NCBI GenBank assembly: GCA_046563655.1
Contig: CM102283.1
Location: 8,308,001 to 8,372,000 of the forward strand
Direction: 5' to 3'
Source: Yuukianura sp. NJ FZ-2021
Taxonomy: Eukaryota
Length of the DNA stretch: 64,000 nt
Shown piece by piece: positions 1 to 15,400 of the stretch. The position numbers and the translations under genes were made by a program. Position 1 is the stretch's first letter. Every line of letters starts with the position of its first letter. Under the pieces are notes generated by a model. It saw only the letters and a program-made list of their open reading frames with translations. It had not been told where the DNA came from and ran no database searches.

Positions 1-3000
1 CCATTATAAAAGGAAATTAAGTACAGAAGCTTTTCCAGGATTTCCGGAAAAGCCATGATCTCTTTTCAGAGCATTTGGAAAACATTTTCGAAATGGAATT
101 CAATATGATTCTGGAGGATAGTTGTTTTTGTTTACAGAAATGGAACTTTTTTGTGCAAAAGTGGTGCTTAATTTTTGAAATGACTTTTTCTTGTTTAGTA
201 TCTCCTAAGATCTTAGAATTTCTGGAGTTTTTGTAAGGTTTAGTCTGTGCTTGGTTGTAAATGCTAATTTTGTTTAAGTTCCCAAATGGGAAATTTCAAG
301 CTTCCTGAGTTGTAAAATGCTAAGTGTTTTGTACTATGTAATTTTGTCAACACTTTCAAAAGTAAGCTAAAGCAGAAAATGTATCTCTTCAGCAAAGTGG
401 ATGATCTCTGTTTCCAGGTTCTGCATTTTATTGCTAAGAATTTGAGTACTAAAACTAGGCACGATTTGACTATTAATTTCAGCACAAATGTGGAATGTAC
501 AGAGCGATTTTGTAGAAATTTCAAGGTGGAAGTGGTGAAATTTTGGCGGGAAATGTACCTTTACAGAATGAAATTTAAAAAAGATAAAAAATAAAGAAGC
601 ACCGCATTTCCCGGGGTTTTGTTTTTGAATTTTTGTTAATTTTTTTGAATTTTTGTTTCCTGTTGCTAGAAATAGGAGGAAAAAGAAAAAGATATTTGGG
701 GAATTTCTAATTTGGCGCCAAAGTTTTTTTGAAGGAAATTTGGTGGATTAAACTTTCACTTCCGGAGGGAAAGCTTTTACAAAAATTGTCTGTTATAAAT
801 GTAACCTTACAAGAATTTTTTTTATTAGACTGGATTTTCTACTTAGTTACTCCCTCCACCACAGTCTGAATCCTCCTTTCATTTCCACTTTTCATTTTTA
901 CTTCTTTCACTTTTCTTCCATGTTGCATTTCGAAAAGTGGATTTTCATTTCGTTTTATTATCCACCAAAAACGGGCGAAAGTTTTGTAAGGTTTTTCCTT
1001 AAACTGCTGTACTTTCTCACACTTTTTTTTTCATTTTTTCAAAAAAATGCAAGACGGAACACGAGAAAGAGAAAGTAAGAAAATCCTAGAAACTTTTGGC
1101 CTTTAAGCTCTAAACAATGGGCGGGGTGGAATGGAACTACATACTACAGTGTGATTTTTTTAGTCGTCTACGAACGGAAGTCTTCAGACTTTTCTATTCT
1201 CACATTTCACTTTTTTTTTACTTTTAGTTTTTTTTCCTGCTGCAGCAAGCGATATCGCTGCTTCTCCACCGTCGTTGCTGCCGGAAGCGAATCTGCACTC
1301 CCTCGACGTCTTTTTGCAGCAAAAACTTCCTGCCACCACCGCAGTGCTGCTGGAACACCACCAAAAAACTTTCACTTTTCCATTAAGCTTTTTTTCTAAA
1401 AACATTTTTTCGATTTCATTTAACCCGCCACTTTAGTTTTTTTTTGTTCAAGGAAAATGTGAAGGAAATTCTGAAAATGCACAAAAAATAGAGTGGAACG
1501 AAGCAGTTGTGGTTAAGCGTACAGCTTCTTTTTTCGGAAACAGTAGAATTAGACACCATTTTCCGGAAGTGTTTACAATCCTCATAAAACTTTGTTCTCT
1601 TTTTATTTTTTAATCTTGAACTTTGGCGCTTCAAAGTTGTATAAACTTGCAACATTTTCATTGAGATTGAGTTTTGTACAAAGCTCAAGTAAGTGTTGGG
1701 GTTAGGGTGAAAGCAAAGCAATAAAAACTGCTTGTTTTGTACAATTTTGTGTCTGTAGCTTTACTACAAAGTAAAATCCTTGTGAGTCAGAGTGTGTATA
1801 TGTGAGGATGGTAAGAAAATTTTATTTTATGGCGGGTTGCAGTGTATCCTTATAGTACAGAATTGTACGGGGAGAATTAAGAGGCTGATCCTGTGGGCGT
1901 CCTTGGGCTTATGTGAAGGTTGTTATAATGGGCTTCTTACTTAACTCCATGGAACATAAACTCTGGAGTCCAGAAGGCTGGTGCAGGAAAGAGAAAGCGG
2001 ACAAACTGCCCGTGTCATTGTCAATTGTCAGGCGAGGAAGAGTTATGAGGAGAAAGGAGGCAAGAGAAAGTTATGGAGGGGCCACTTGAAAGAGAAGAAG
2101 GAAACTGCCTTATCCCAGAGTAGAGATCAATCCCATTCACCTTAACAAATCTACCACACGAGGACCCACCAAGACTTTGTTCCTTATTGATTTTGTATAA
2201 AAGAAGCACAAATTTTGGTAGGACATGAGAGAAAGTTAGGCTCTGGACACCGTTTTGGATCAAATAAGGACTTTACTCTTTTTTTTTCTTTTGTAAGCGT
2301 AAGGAATAAAAGTAAAGTGGAATGCCTGGACATTGACTGAGAGAGAGTTTTGGAGAAGTTGCAAATGAGCTTGAAAAATTTTACGCCCAAGGACTTCACT
2401 TTAACACGTTTTAGGAAAATTGGAAAATTTGAAAAGTTGAGAATATAAAAGGAGTTTCCAAGAAAATTGTGAAAAGGACAATTTTTGAAGCCTAGTCAAG
2501 TGAAATGAGGTGCGAAAAGTGTTAAGAATTTTGGAAAAGTGGAAAATGCGGGAAAGTTTTGACATGTTTGGCGACAATGTTAAAGACTGGCAGAGTGAAA
2601 AGTTTTTTGCGAATCGACGGGAAAATTTCCACTTTTTGAAATTTTTGCATGATAGCTTTTTAGTATTGATTGCTAAAAACAAGTTTCTGGTAGTTTGCTA
2701 CTTTAGGTTCTAATAAAAATTTGGAATAAAGTGCAAAAAAAAGTTTCTGGTTTTTGAAAAACGTTTTTTTGAAAAGTTTTTTTTTTAGTTTTTTGAAAAA
2801 ATTGTGCTGTCCACTTGTACACGTTCGGAATAGGAGAAGTTAGTGGTGGCAGAGGTTGTGTTAGACAGTGTGCCCTTAGGTTAAGGTTGAGGGCCCATCT
2901 TCCAGAAATCTAGAAGGAGACGAGAGCCCTTGAGATGACAAGTGTTGAAGAGTGCCAATTTCTCACTTGGGCCCTCAGGTTAGGCACAACTATGCTTGGT

Positions 3001-6000
3001 CTAACTTAGGACCAAAAAGCCCTCGAGAAGCAGAAGAAGCGTTGAAGGGCGGGAGAAAGCCTGCTTTCGTTCAAGTTCAAACTTTCCCCAAAACATAAAA
3101 TATTCCCAGGACGAAAGTTTACAATAAATAGAAAGGTTTTGGTGCTTCTTCTTCCCTTGAACTTCCAAATAAGCCTCCCATAAACTTTCAGTTTTCAATT
3201 TCCTAAAACCCAAAACACAGTTTAAGTGAAAACTGGAAAACTCAAAAGTTTTAGTTCCTGATTTATTGATAAAACACTACGATGTTTACAGGTATTCCAG
3301 AATTCATAGTTGCGTTTTACGATCTAAGCTGCGTGAGGGAGAACTTTGTTCTGAAATTCAAAATTTGAGACTCAAGAAGCCTAAATTCAAAATTTTAGTA
3401 AACTTTTAGAGCGGAACAGGAAAATTACATTAGAGATCATCAGACCACTTTCACTTTAGGAGTAATTAGGTTCACATCATGCAATATTCCCTGGCGGGAT
3501 TTTCAAATTCGGAGGTCATTCACTGGAAACATTTCGGGGCAGGGTTAAATCTGCTAAAAACTCACGTTTAGGCCAAAAGTCTATAATAACAAAGTCTATC
3601 AGTCCGTAATAGCAAAGAGTATTAGTCTATAATAGCAAAGTCTAAAAGTCTATCACATTTTGAAAGAGTTGCGTGATTGCATGTTTCATTCAAAATTTCA
3701 AAATCTCCCGCCAAAACACGGCATGTCACAATCTAAAAGACATTGACCATTGGCTTAACTTGTGCGTGACCCTGCAATTAACAACTTTTTTGTACCGTAA
3801 TCTCACGCAAAGGAAGCCATAAAAGCGTTTTACCATTTTAGGATTGCATGGCGGGAGTAACTATTTGAAAATAGCGGGAGTAACTATTCAACGTACGTAT
3901 CCTTATCAAAGTTTCTCAAGAATTCAACATAAAATGGCACTAAATTGTGAAAAAGCGCTGAAATTTTGAAAAATGGTCAAGTTTTGAGATGAAAAATATT
4001 ATAAAGTTTTAAAAGTTTTGTTTTTTGATTAGGAATAAAGTGAAAGTGTTAAAATGTTGAAAAAGGGGGAACAACAGTATGATGGAAAGGCAGAGATGAT
4101 GAGAGGCGGGAAAAATTCCCAAGTGATTCCAATTCAAAAATGAAAAGAAGAGTAATAACGTAGTAGTTTGAGTTAAAGTTAGGCTATAGTAATACACTAG
4201 AGAGAGAAAAGGGAGGGAAAATTTGAAAGTGAGGGGAGAAAGAATGAAATCGTTTTTCGTCTCCATTGAGACTTCTCACTTTCTCTTCTTTTGTATTTCA
4301 TTTCCAAACTTTAGGTTTGGAAAACCTAACTTTCTGGAAGATGAAAACATAGGGAGGGTGAATTGGAAAATGTACCTTATAGAGATCCAAAGTTTAGTTC
4401 GCACTTTCTCTCCCTGTTGGATTGGAATGTAAATGATTCCAATTCCGTCCGTCCGTTCTAATCCCACAAGCCCATTTCCAAAAAAAAAAAGTTTTCTAGA
4501 AACAAGGAACTACAAGAGCAATTATTTGCTAATGGTGATGAGAAGCGTTGTGCTGGAACAGAGAAGGTGCGCAGATGCTGTGTTAATGTTTCTGCGCAAC
4601 TCATTTTCAGCGACGCTGGAACGCTGAAACGCTTCAGTTTCCTTTTCTTTGTGGTTTTAGCGCTGAAGTTGCATGTTTTAGCGCTTGAGCAGCATTCCTT
4701 TTGTTCAGTTAGGTTTATAGTTGTATTATGTTAGGTTATTAGTTAGGTTAAGGTTGGTGGAATGTGAATAGGAGACGGATCTTACCTGGAAGATTGAAGA
4801 TGAATGTGAAGCTCATAAATCCTTGTTCCATTTCTCTTCATTTATTTACACAAGGGAAACCAAACTTTCACTTCCATCTAGCAAGACTTTCTCCTTCGTC
4901 TAAGAAATAGAGTCATAATGAAGAAATAGGAGCAGGAAATTAGGATTTTAGACCAACACGGCCATAGTAAGGAGAAACCCATTACTCTTCTTCCACAACC
5001 TGTACAATTTACAATGTAAAAAGCTTAGGAACTCAAATTATTTTGTGAATTTTAAATTCATACAAATTTCACCTTTCACTCAACTTCAACTTCCATTCTT
5101 GTCTAAGACTGGAAGTTCTAAACTTTCTCCGGTTTTGCATATTTCAGCTCCAGGAAACGCTCTAAATCACTTTTTTCATAATTCAGAAATTTTGGTTTCA
5201 AAAATTAAAATTCTTACATTCAAGTCTGACGCAGTTGGTACAGTTGCACACCAGCTAACAAAAAATAGATAAAATGTCCAAAACGTCAGCTAACTTTTTA
5301 GTTGCTTCTGGATTTTTCATTTGGCATTACCAATTTCTTTTTTTCAATTTCAATTGCAAAATCGGAAAACTGTCAAATTTTTGGTTTTTTCAAAATTTAA
5401 ACCTGATTTTTTTTTAAATTTGAAATTTTGGACTTCCACGATAATTTTGAAATCCTTTTTTTTTTTTCAGTAATTGAACTTTTTTGAATAATTCTGAAGG
5501 TGAATTTTTTGAGCTTGCCGAATTCGATTTTTCTCACGATTTTTTGTGCCTGGAGGATTGGAAGGTAGAAAATCGAATTTTTGGAAATTTTCTAAAATCT
5601 TGAACCGAAATGAAGTTAGAGACGATTGAGAAAACTGGAATTGGCTATTTACTTTCGTTTCGAACTTTCCCATTATCATCCTTACGATGTCCTCTTGTGT
5701 CTGTTGGGTTAAGCCCAGTGTAGAAAGTAGGAGAAAGTCATGGAGGGTTGTATAATTCCTTCAAAAGGGAATTCAGCCCAGCATTTGTACGTCGTAAAAC
5801 CATGTCGTAGCACCTAGGCACAAAGTCTGCTCTAAAAAGCACGTTTGCTGCTTAGAAACAAGAGAAAGTTCCATTTTCTGGGTAGCTTTTCTGCTTCAAG
5901 TGCGCTTTCATTTCTTTATTTCATTTGGACTAAGAGATGATGGAATTTTTATTTGAGGAGTTCTAGGAAAAGCTTCTGTAGTTTCGAGGCCAACGAACCG

Positions 6001-6369
6001 AAATCCACAAAAAGTGGAGGGCAATCCACAAAATTCCATATGCGACTCAGTGAGGTGAATAATATGGAAGAGGCATTGTGGATTGTGGAATGGTAAAACC
6101 AAAGACTGCCATCAATCATGGTGCTTCATGGCTTCTCGACATGAATACGCACTCCCATTCCATTGTTTCTTTCATACAACTCAGGTTACTTTCCCTTTGA
6201 CCCGGCAAAACTAATATCCAGCCACATTCAAACTGAGGGAAGAGTGAGTGAAAGGAGAAAGTCAAAATGAAAAAACAAAATAACAATGGATTTGACTTTA
6301 GTCGCTCAGTTTTTGAAATTTTGATGAAAAAGTGCGGGAAAGTAAACAAAAACAATTTAATCAATCAGA

Positions 6370-6448
6370 AAAGCTTTTTACCAAGGTTGATAAACAAAGA
6401 AATGCTTTTTCTTTAACAGGTTAGTTATTGCCTAACCTGATAAAGAAA
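6370..6448. repeat. Dispersed repeat (short, internally deleted relative of 29830-30040)
   Basis: Matches both ends of the 29830-30040 element in inverted orientation and lacks its middle. Confidence 0.6.
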
Positions 6449-9400
6449 GTCCAATTCGGTTGTCAAGGATTCCTTTTACTTTTAGCAAAAAAGAAAAATT
6501 GGGTTGAGGAGAAAGTCATTTTGTGCTTTTTAATAATTTTGATTTTTTTTCTGTGGTTTGTTGGAATTACGTCATAAATATTTCGAAACTGAAGAGATAA
6601 GATCAACGTTTCAAAATTTTGGAAAACTTTTCTGAAGTTTCCAGAATGTATACTGCTTTACTAAACGTAAATCTGTGTTCCATTTTTTTCAAAAAGAACA
6701 ATTTTGTAACTCGGGGCTTGGAGATTCATCTTCCAAAATGTTTTCTGGAAGATTAGGAACTTTTTTGAAATTTTTTTTTTCAAAAATTTATTTTGGTCTC
6801 TTTTCACTAGCGTTGCAAAGTTAGATGAGCAGATGACCAGGAGGAATAGACGCCATGTCGTTGAAATATTGGTGGTGAAATGTCCTCTTTTAAGCTGGGC
6901 AGGAGAAGATGGTTGTGAAATTGTGTTTCGGCCCTTTAGCTTCCACTCCACCATCATGATCGCTTCAGGATTCAGCTCGTGTCGGAGGAGCTGAAAAGCA
7001 GTAGATTCCCAGGGGAAGCGTTGAGATCCGTCTGCTTTCTCCATGTTATGTTATGTGTGTGCAACATACCTACAAACAGTATGCTTTCTCCCTGCCTCAA
7101 AGTCCAAGTGCTGACAAAGCCTGTTCCACTATTTCTGGAATGGCTGAACCAGATCCATAGAGCAAATGGATCTCTCCCTTGCTTTCACTGTCTCATGATA
7201 AGTATCTGTAGGGAAATAAACATAATTTGGATCCAGGCAGGAGAGGATGAGTGATGGAGGACAATGGAACAAAAGTTAATACAATTTTTACAAATGAGAT
7301 AAAAAAAAGTCCCAAAAAAGTATTACTTTTTTCACCAAAACGAAAAAAGAGAAAGGAAAAGAAAAAAGAGAGAGGAAACGAAAGAAATGAAAAATTCGAG
7401 GAGAAAGTTTCATGTGAAATTTCAGACAATTGTATTTTTTAATCCTTTAGAACTTTTTGTTTTTCGAGGCTTCAAAAAAGTGTGCCTTTTTGCTAACTTT
7501 TTGTTTTCTTCTTTCACTTTTTAAAAATTTTGAAATTTTTTTTAGAGGAATGCATGTTGTCAAATTCGTTTTTTTAGTAAAAAGTTTTTTTTTTTCGTGT
7601 TCACTCTTTGTCACATGACAAAGGATGACACCCGAGAGGAAGAATGGAACCTTTTTGAACTTTTGGCGCTGAATTTTGAATCTTTCAAGACTTTCACTTT
7701 GTGTCTGGTGTGCCTTTTCTGGAGAACTGAAATTTTGAACTTCTTTTTAGAATTGGCTTAGTTAACTTCCGGCAGAGTCCTTCCTTGCGGCTTTCCTTCA
7801 TTATTTATTCATCGCTGTTGCAGCGATTCAGCGATTCTTCAAAAAACCTTTGAGTTGGCTCTTGTTCATTTCCTGCTGGGACGACTGCCAGTACGATTCT
7901 TTTGCCCCTGGAGCCAAAAAGTAACCAATCAAAAGCCACCAAAGAAATGTCAACTGACAACGAAAACCTTTCAATGTCAAAATTTCCAAATTTTCCCGCT
8001 GGGAACGAACAACTTCTAAAATAAATTGACGTTTTCCAAATTTTATTCCCGCTGAATACAAAATTCAATTTACCGGAAGGCCAAATTTCAAAAGTCAAAA
8101 AGTTAGACAAATTTTATGAGAGTTCAATTTGTTAGGAAATAATTTTTATCTGAACGCGACGGAGCATGTTAAACTTTCACCAATTTACAAAACAAATTCA
8201 GTTTTTTTGAAATTTCAATTTTGAAAAAAATTTAAGCCTCTAAAGTTATGCTGAGTTTGTATAATTTGCTGCCTTTTTAAAACTTTTTTTCTCAAATTCC
8301 ATTTTCAAAATTGTTCAAAAAAGTGGAAAATGGATAAGTTTTGGAGAGCATTTTTCTCATGGTAATAAGAATCGATTCCATTTTAAAAAATTGGATCAAA
8401 ATTGTCTCCCGCTCTTTTCGTTTTACGGATGCGATGGCGTATCTTTTCCAATTATTGAACAAAAACTGCTATCGTAGCTTTTCTTTTTTCTCTTATAGAC
8501 TTTTTTTTTTTCGTTTTTTCGAAGTCTCCTGGATTCGATCCCACAACGCCGAATTTTCTTTCCAATTACTTTCTCCTCCTTGCTAACTTCGTGAAGCGTC
8601 CTCCTTTCACTCCATTTCACTTCCGTTTTTCTTTTTCTCTTTTTTCAAATTTGAGAACCTACAGAACCAAAATCGAAATCAAAGTTCGAAATCCTTAAGT
8701 CTATATTGCTTTTTTAGTCTTTTCTAGACTTTTATTTTTAGTCTATAGTACTTTTTCTAGATTTCTAGGAGAGAGACTAGATTTAATGACTTCCGTTCTG
8801 GTTCCTTTGATCGATCAACTAAAAGTGAAGGTATTCCTTTGTGGTTCGTGGCTTTATAGAAGAACAGAAACCAAAGGAACCGCAACGTCTAACCACCGCG
8901 AATTTCAAAAAACGAAAAAAAGTGCCCCACCTACCACCAAATTTGAATAATTCAAATTCAGCCGCTGCTACTTTTCTCTACACTCAATTATTCATGACGT
9001 GACGCTTTCCTCGTCTTTCAAGCGTAACATCTTCTCTTTTTTTGGTTTATATAAAGAGATTTTTTTTCTCAAAGTCGCAACCATTATTTTCAACAATCTG
9101 GTTTTGAATGTGTTTCAAAATTCAAAAAAATAATGTTTGCAAATTGGTTTTATGAAAAGAAAAAAAAACTCAAATCCTTTTGTTGCATAATGGATCGAAC
9201 CTAAGTGGTTTATTACAGGGTTCTCCAATTTGGAAATTTCGAAATTTCGAAAATGAGAGTGCAAAAATGAGGTCAACGACACCGGAAGATTCAAATTTCG
9301 AAGCAAATTGTATTTTTCCAAACCTTCCAATTAAATTTCTGTCGTTTTGAAAAACTTCTCGAAAAATTTTATTTGGCGAAAAGTCTTTTAACTGAAGAAA

Positions 9401-12400
9401 GAAAATCGGCTACTACATTTCTTAAGGAATGTTTTTTTGAAAAACTCCCTCCAAAACTGTTATCGCCGTGAAACGTGAAAGTTTAGAAAGAAGAAATTCA
9501 AAACGCAATAAATCTTGCGTCTCTGCTAGATATGTTTTTTATTTACATTTTTCAAAAAAGTGAAAGACATTTTCTCTTGTTAGGGTTTGTCGTTTGATGC
9601 ACTACATGCATCGCGTGTATAACATGCAGTGATGAAAGTTTCGCTTTTTCCTGCTGTTTTTTTAAAAAAGTGTGCGGGACTTTGTAGCATAATCTAACCA
9701 AATCCTGGAACGCCAAAGTCGGAAGGGAGGACGGAAGCGTTGAAAGCTGCGGATCAAATTGTCAAGGTTTGTCTTTTTATGTGTCATGTTCTTGACTGAA
9801 AAGGACTTGATTGCTCGTTTTGTATTCGAAACAGACAGTCCCACCGACGTGAAAGTCCCACCAAAAATAGTGGGGCTCCTGTCCTAAAGAAATTGAGATC
9901 GTAAGAGATGGACTTCCGGAAATGCGTCCCTCGTGCGTCGTATTCTGTCTCTTTTCTCTCAAAAACCTTAAGGAAAAGAATCCGGGCATGAGAAGGGGGG
10001 GGGTTGAAAGTGGGGGGGTGTTGTGATAATTCAGTTGTTGGGATCTATTAACCTGGGGAAATGGTGGGACAGACTCTGGAGTCCCACCAAAGTGGGCCCT
10101 CGCCCCACCTGAAACACATCCCGTCAAGATAAATGTTTCCACTTTTTCCATAAATCCACCGAGAAGGTACTTTTTTTTCCTAAAGCGGGAGGGTGGAGGC
10201 GATCCGACGGAACAAAAGTTTACTTTTTATGTGGGAGAAAGCAAATGGAGAAAGTTGAGATTCTTAAACAGGCTTTTTAAGGCCTTAAGGGCCCCCTGTC
10301 TCTACGGTCCTTAAATCCTGAAAATAGAATTCTAGAAAAAAAGTTTTGTTGCTCATGTGGTTCATGTTTTGAAAATGTTTTTTTGAAAAAGGTTAAGCAC
10401 ATTTTGAAACTTGAAAATTTTGAACTGCTGCTGTTGGAGTTAGCGAAATCCTAAAAGTCAAAACTTTGTAATTTATTAGCACAACAATTCATTTTTTTGT
10501 ATCCTTCTGCTTTTGACAGTTTTAGCTTCTCTTTGTTTAAAAAAAAGCGAGGAAAAGCATAGGTTTTGTATTCAAAATTTTCTCTTTTTCTTTCTGTAAT
10601 TCATGTTACATTTCTTTTGACATTTGGACACGTTGCTTAGCAACGCCAAACTTTCTCCTCTTCTCTTCATGTTCTTCTTGTCGCCATTTTCTCGTGTTTT
10701 ACTCCATGTAATCCTTCCTGTCATTTCCTCTTCCCCTTACACGCAAAATTCCTGAAGTTGTACTACGTTGTATGTCACACGCCATTTCCAGCTTGCGCTT
10801 TCTCCATTTTTCAGTTTTTTTCACGTTTCTATTTTTTCCAAAAAGTTTTTTTTTGGCTTTCCTCCTCCTCTACACGATTATCCTACTTACTTCCAGAAGG
10901 AAGTTTAGTGAAAGTCTATCTATTATGCTGCACCGCTGCAAGCTTCCCAAAACGTCAAGTTTCTTGTTTTCGGACACTTCTGCACGGTATTTTATGGACC
11001 GTCACTTATGGACTGAACGAACATAGCGAAACCTAATTAAAAAAACACCCAAAATTGAAGTGATAACCAGGTCTGCCAACCAATTTTTTATCCAAAATAA
11101 ACGAAATATTTAAATAAATACAATATTTACTGACAAAGCCTGAAATATTTACTTACTGTTACATGAAAGGCATAGGAAAATAAATAAATATTCAGCAATA
11201 GAACGAACTGAAATATTGATTTTGTTAAAACTACAGGCAACTAAATATGGGAACTAAATATTTTTGGCAAGTCTGGTCATAACAGTAACGTACAGAAGTG
11301 AGCGTTCCCATATTGCAGTCGTCCACAAGTTTCCGTACAGAAGTGTCTTGTTATTTAAGTTTGGAGGGGATGAGTAAAGTGGTCCTGTCGAATTCTTGTC
11401 TTGCTTCTGTTTTCTCTTTTTGAATTTTTTTCTTGCGTTTTTTCCCGCGCTTTTTTCGTATGTCGTTCACCCTTGTGCTTGTTGGAGGAGTAGATTGATG
11501 GTCTTGCCCTGGTAAATGCGGAATTCGAGGCGCGGAAATCTGTCTGACATGTCGATAACTCAACGCTTCTGTAAATAACAAAACTCCGAAGGTCCTATCA
11601 CCAGTTCCAGTCAGCCTCTCTGCCCTCTGACCCCTTCACTTTGACTAAAATCAGGGAAAGTGAAAGTGAGGGACGTGAATTGGATGCTTAAAATTTGAAA
11701 GTTGGAGCCATCCCTCTCTGTCAGTCGTCCATTGAACACTACAGAAAAGCCGGGAGGAAGCAGAGCTTTCTTTAGAAATTGAAATGGAATCCATTTACTT
11801 ACTGAAGGAGGAGCTAGGAGATAAGACGTGGCGGGAAAATCAGTTTAGCCAGATTCAGAATCCTTTGGAGCAGGATTAAGGAGAAAGTGAACACTTTTAG
11901 GTTAGGGAATGCTAAGAAATGTGAGTTTTCAAAGGAAAGCTCAAATTCAAACTTGAAAGTTAAAGTGCCGGTGGAGAAGATGTCACGTAGGTCAAAACGA
12001 CCGCCACTTTCGTCTCTAACGACACCCTGAGCAGTCGTTTTGTTCGAAAGATCCAATCGGAATCTTTAGAAAGTTAGAGCTGGACTTATGCATAAGGTAT
12101 TAGAACCTAACTTAAAGTTAGACTATAACCTGATTCAAATGCAGAGCAATAACCTTAATAATCGGTTTCAAATCTGGATACAATGGGTGGTGCTCAAGGA
12201 ACCGCCAATTTTCAAAATCTTCAAACGTTTTATTCTAAACTCGTTTGCTGAAGTAAGCGAAAATGTTTCAAAATTTAACAGAATTTTGAATTCTGGTCAG
12301 CACTCGAACCCGCAAAGTTTCAAAATTGCTGTAATTAAAACTTGGACAATTACAAAGTAATTCATCGTAATTTCAGGAATTGTCAAAATTTAAAAATTGA

Positions 12401-15400
12401 AAAAGGCGGGAACTTTGATTTTGAGCTTCAGTTTTTGAGTTTGAATTTGACGAACAAATTTTCCAAAAATTCGATACTTGAAAAATAATCGAAATCTCCG
12501 AAACTTGTGAAAATTTCGAAAAGCTGCATGCTATACTCAGATTGCTTAAATCGGCTTTTCCGGTTTAAACTTTTTAGCCGCATTTGTTCAAAAGCTGCTT
12601 AGATTTAGAAAACGCACAGCCAGTTTATCTCTCTTCAGCGGTTTTTTTTTCAAGCTGTTTGAAATTCTTGGTTGAAATTGAAAAATTGGTCCAATTTTTT
12701 TTCTGTTTGCGTCAACAAATGTTTTCTAGTGAAAGCAAAGAGAGAAAGTAAGCAGTAAATTATTTCCTTTCGAGGTCTCCAATCTCTCCAAAAGTAATGA
12801 AAACAAAGTGTTCAATTTTGTCCAATTCCAGTTCCACTTTTACTTCTCCAGTGCTTCTCCAGTGGTCCAAGTTGAGTCATTCCACACAAACTTTGGTCAT
12901 TCCACTTTCCTCAACTTTCGTGATTCGCAATTACCAAAAAACCTCCCAACTCTAGAACACAAAGTCTACTGGTTGCCAAAAAATAGTTTCTTTTACACTG
13001 AAGCTGAAACTAAAAGGTCAAAGGTCACCGTTTGACACGCAGGAAACTTTCCATTGGTTTGGCACCAGGCCAGTGTGAAGTCATAGATTTCCTATGGTGA
13101 AATTATACCTCTTGTGAAACTAGTGAGGAAACATGAGGAAATAGAAAAAAAGAGGAAATAGGACTTTCACCGCTTCCAAAAAAGTGAAAGTGGTCCAGCC
13201 TGATTTATTGGTTGATTTCCAGCTTTCTCCGTTCTTTAAAACGCTAAAACTTTAAGAGGATTGTGGTTAGGAGCTTAGGGTTTTAGCCTAACATGGGTCT
13301 ACAAGAAGGCATAACAAGCTAGGAACCAAATTGAGCTCGACACATGCGCAGAAGATAAACATTTTTCAGTCGCCTTACGCACTCTAGCTTTCTACTCTTC
13401 AGCCTTAATTCCAAATTCAATATTTACATAACAATGCATCTCTCCATCATACAAAATGAGTAATGGATTTGTTGGACGTGAAGGTTTCATGACATTTGAA
13501 TAACCCCGAGTTTGCGCTAAAGGCGCGAAACGATTTTTTAAAAAACTTTCTGCGTTCAGCACAAAACTGGCACTGAATTTTCAAAAAAAAATTCTTCCCG
13601 CGTTTATTTTGGAGAAAGTTCAAAATTCAAAACGGTGAAAAATCGAGATGTTAAGGTTCCGTGGAATCAAAATTTTGACTTTTAGTGTTGGGGTTGACAG
13701 AATTTTGAAATTTTGAGCAGTTTTTGAAGTTTTTGAGGGCAAAGAGAGGTCAAAGGCCGTGAAATTAGTATTGACAGTTATTGCTTTGTTGTGGTTGGGT
13801 ATAAAAGTGAAAGTTGGAGTAAATAAGGCTAGTGAGGGACTGATTGCGTCGGAAGTAATCGAATAAAGTGCCCAAGGAAATCAAAGAGCCCTGTGCCTCT
13901 CTCATCTCCGATTAGACCTTTCTCTGATCTTTCTTCTAGTCTTCAATTATTACCTACACTTTACAGAGATAGACATTCCTATAGACTAAGACTATAAGAC
14001 CATGGGCCAAAGACTATAAGACCATGGGCCAAAGACTATAAGCTTTCCTGGTGTTTCACTGCATGGAGCGAAATAGTTAACGCTAGGATCAGTTTCTGAT
14101 CTCTTCTAAGAAAAAATCAAAAATGGACGCACCGCAGTGTTCGGGGAAAAGGTTCAAAAGAGCCCGCTTTCCTTTTATCTCTGGCTTTCTTTTTCTTGAC
14201 TTTTCTTAGAAAAGCAACGGAAAGTGTATTTGAACAGGAGCAGGAGTGACTTGCAGTGTTGAAAAAAGAGACAATTTTCTCCTGTCTCCTTCTGTCATTG
14301 TCTCCCGTCCATCCAATTACTTTGTTCACCCAAAAAGAAAAATGGACTCAAGTCCCTCACAATTAACTTTCTTTTTCTTCACCTTCCAGCTTTAGCTTCA
14401 AGAAAAAAAAAATAAGCTTTCACCACAACAAAAGCCTCACAAAAGCCAAAACCTAAGCATTAGAGCGCTGCTGAAGCAATCATTTTGAAAAGTCGTGCTC
14501 AAACTATAGGAGAGTTTGAAAAGTCGCTTGAAATTTTTTTTTTAAATCGCTCTAAAGTAAAATCTGAAAGTCAGATACAAGAAGAAAGTCACAGTCGAGC
14601 TAAATGAAAAATTTGAAAGTCTACACTGCTGAAATTTGAAAGTCACTGTTCAAATACGCTTCCCTTTGCTTTTCAAGAAAAGTCAAAAAAGTCGCGCGGA
14701 AGGAGCGAAAATTTGAACGTCGTAGAGAAGGTCACAGTAAAACGGGGTCTTTTCGGAGCATTCTTGGAGATTGCATTTTCGAATTTGCAATTTCCCCGAA
14801 ATCTCCCGCCATTTTCATTTATTTTGGCGCCATTTCTTTGGAGTGTTTTGCCCATTACTAACAAAGTTGGCCAATTTTGTTTTTACTTTAATTTGGTAGA
14901 GGGTTCGTTAAAGCCAGATTTATTTGACAAGTTTACAAGTTTTTTGAGATGAAGATTTTCCAGAAAGAGTGAGAGAAAGTTTCTTTATCCCAAGATAAAG
15001 ATAAAAGATAAAGTTGACATAAGAGCCATAAATTCATGCTGTTTCAGTTTAGACAGAATTAGAGTAATTGGTTTGAGCTGCTTGGATGATTACTTGGACG
15101 TTTGTGGTGAAAGGAGTTGGATGGTTTAATTAATTTTTGGATGTCTCAACTTGTAAAATGGTTTTATGATGCAAATGACACTATCCACATTGATTTCTCT
15201 CCTTCAAAGAAAGTTTCCAGAAACCCACCATAGCCCCACCAAGACTATGGTGGGGCTATGTAGTGGTGGGGCTGTTTGGGGTTGTAATTGATGAAGACTT
15301 GGGTCGACTGAACAGTGTCATTTATTAGTTTAAGACTTAAGCGATGGTGGGGAAAGTAAGGGGGACATAATGAAATGCTTTCTCTCCCTCCTCCTCCAGA

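Noticed and set aside
6661-7254. Higher-complexity segment with 91-127-aa ORFs
   Set aside because: No recognisable domain or consistent splice structure; it could be a decayed element but I cannot support that.
11060-11283. Possible old MITE (ccaggtctgccaa / ttggcaagtctgg around an AT-rich core)
   Set aside because: Arms match only about 15/20 and no TSD is evident.
13991-14042. 22-bp tandem duplication actataagaccatgggccaaag
   Set aside because: Only about two copies; ordinary local slippage.
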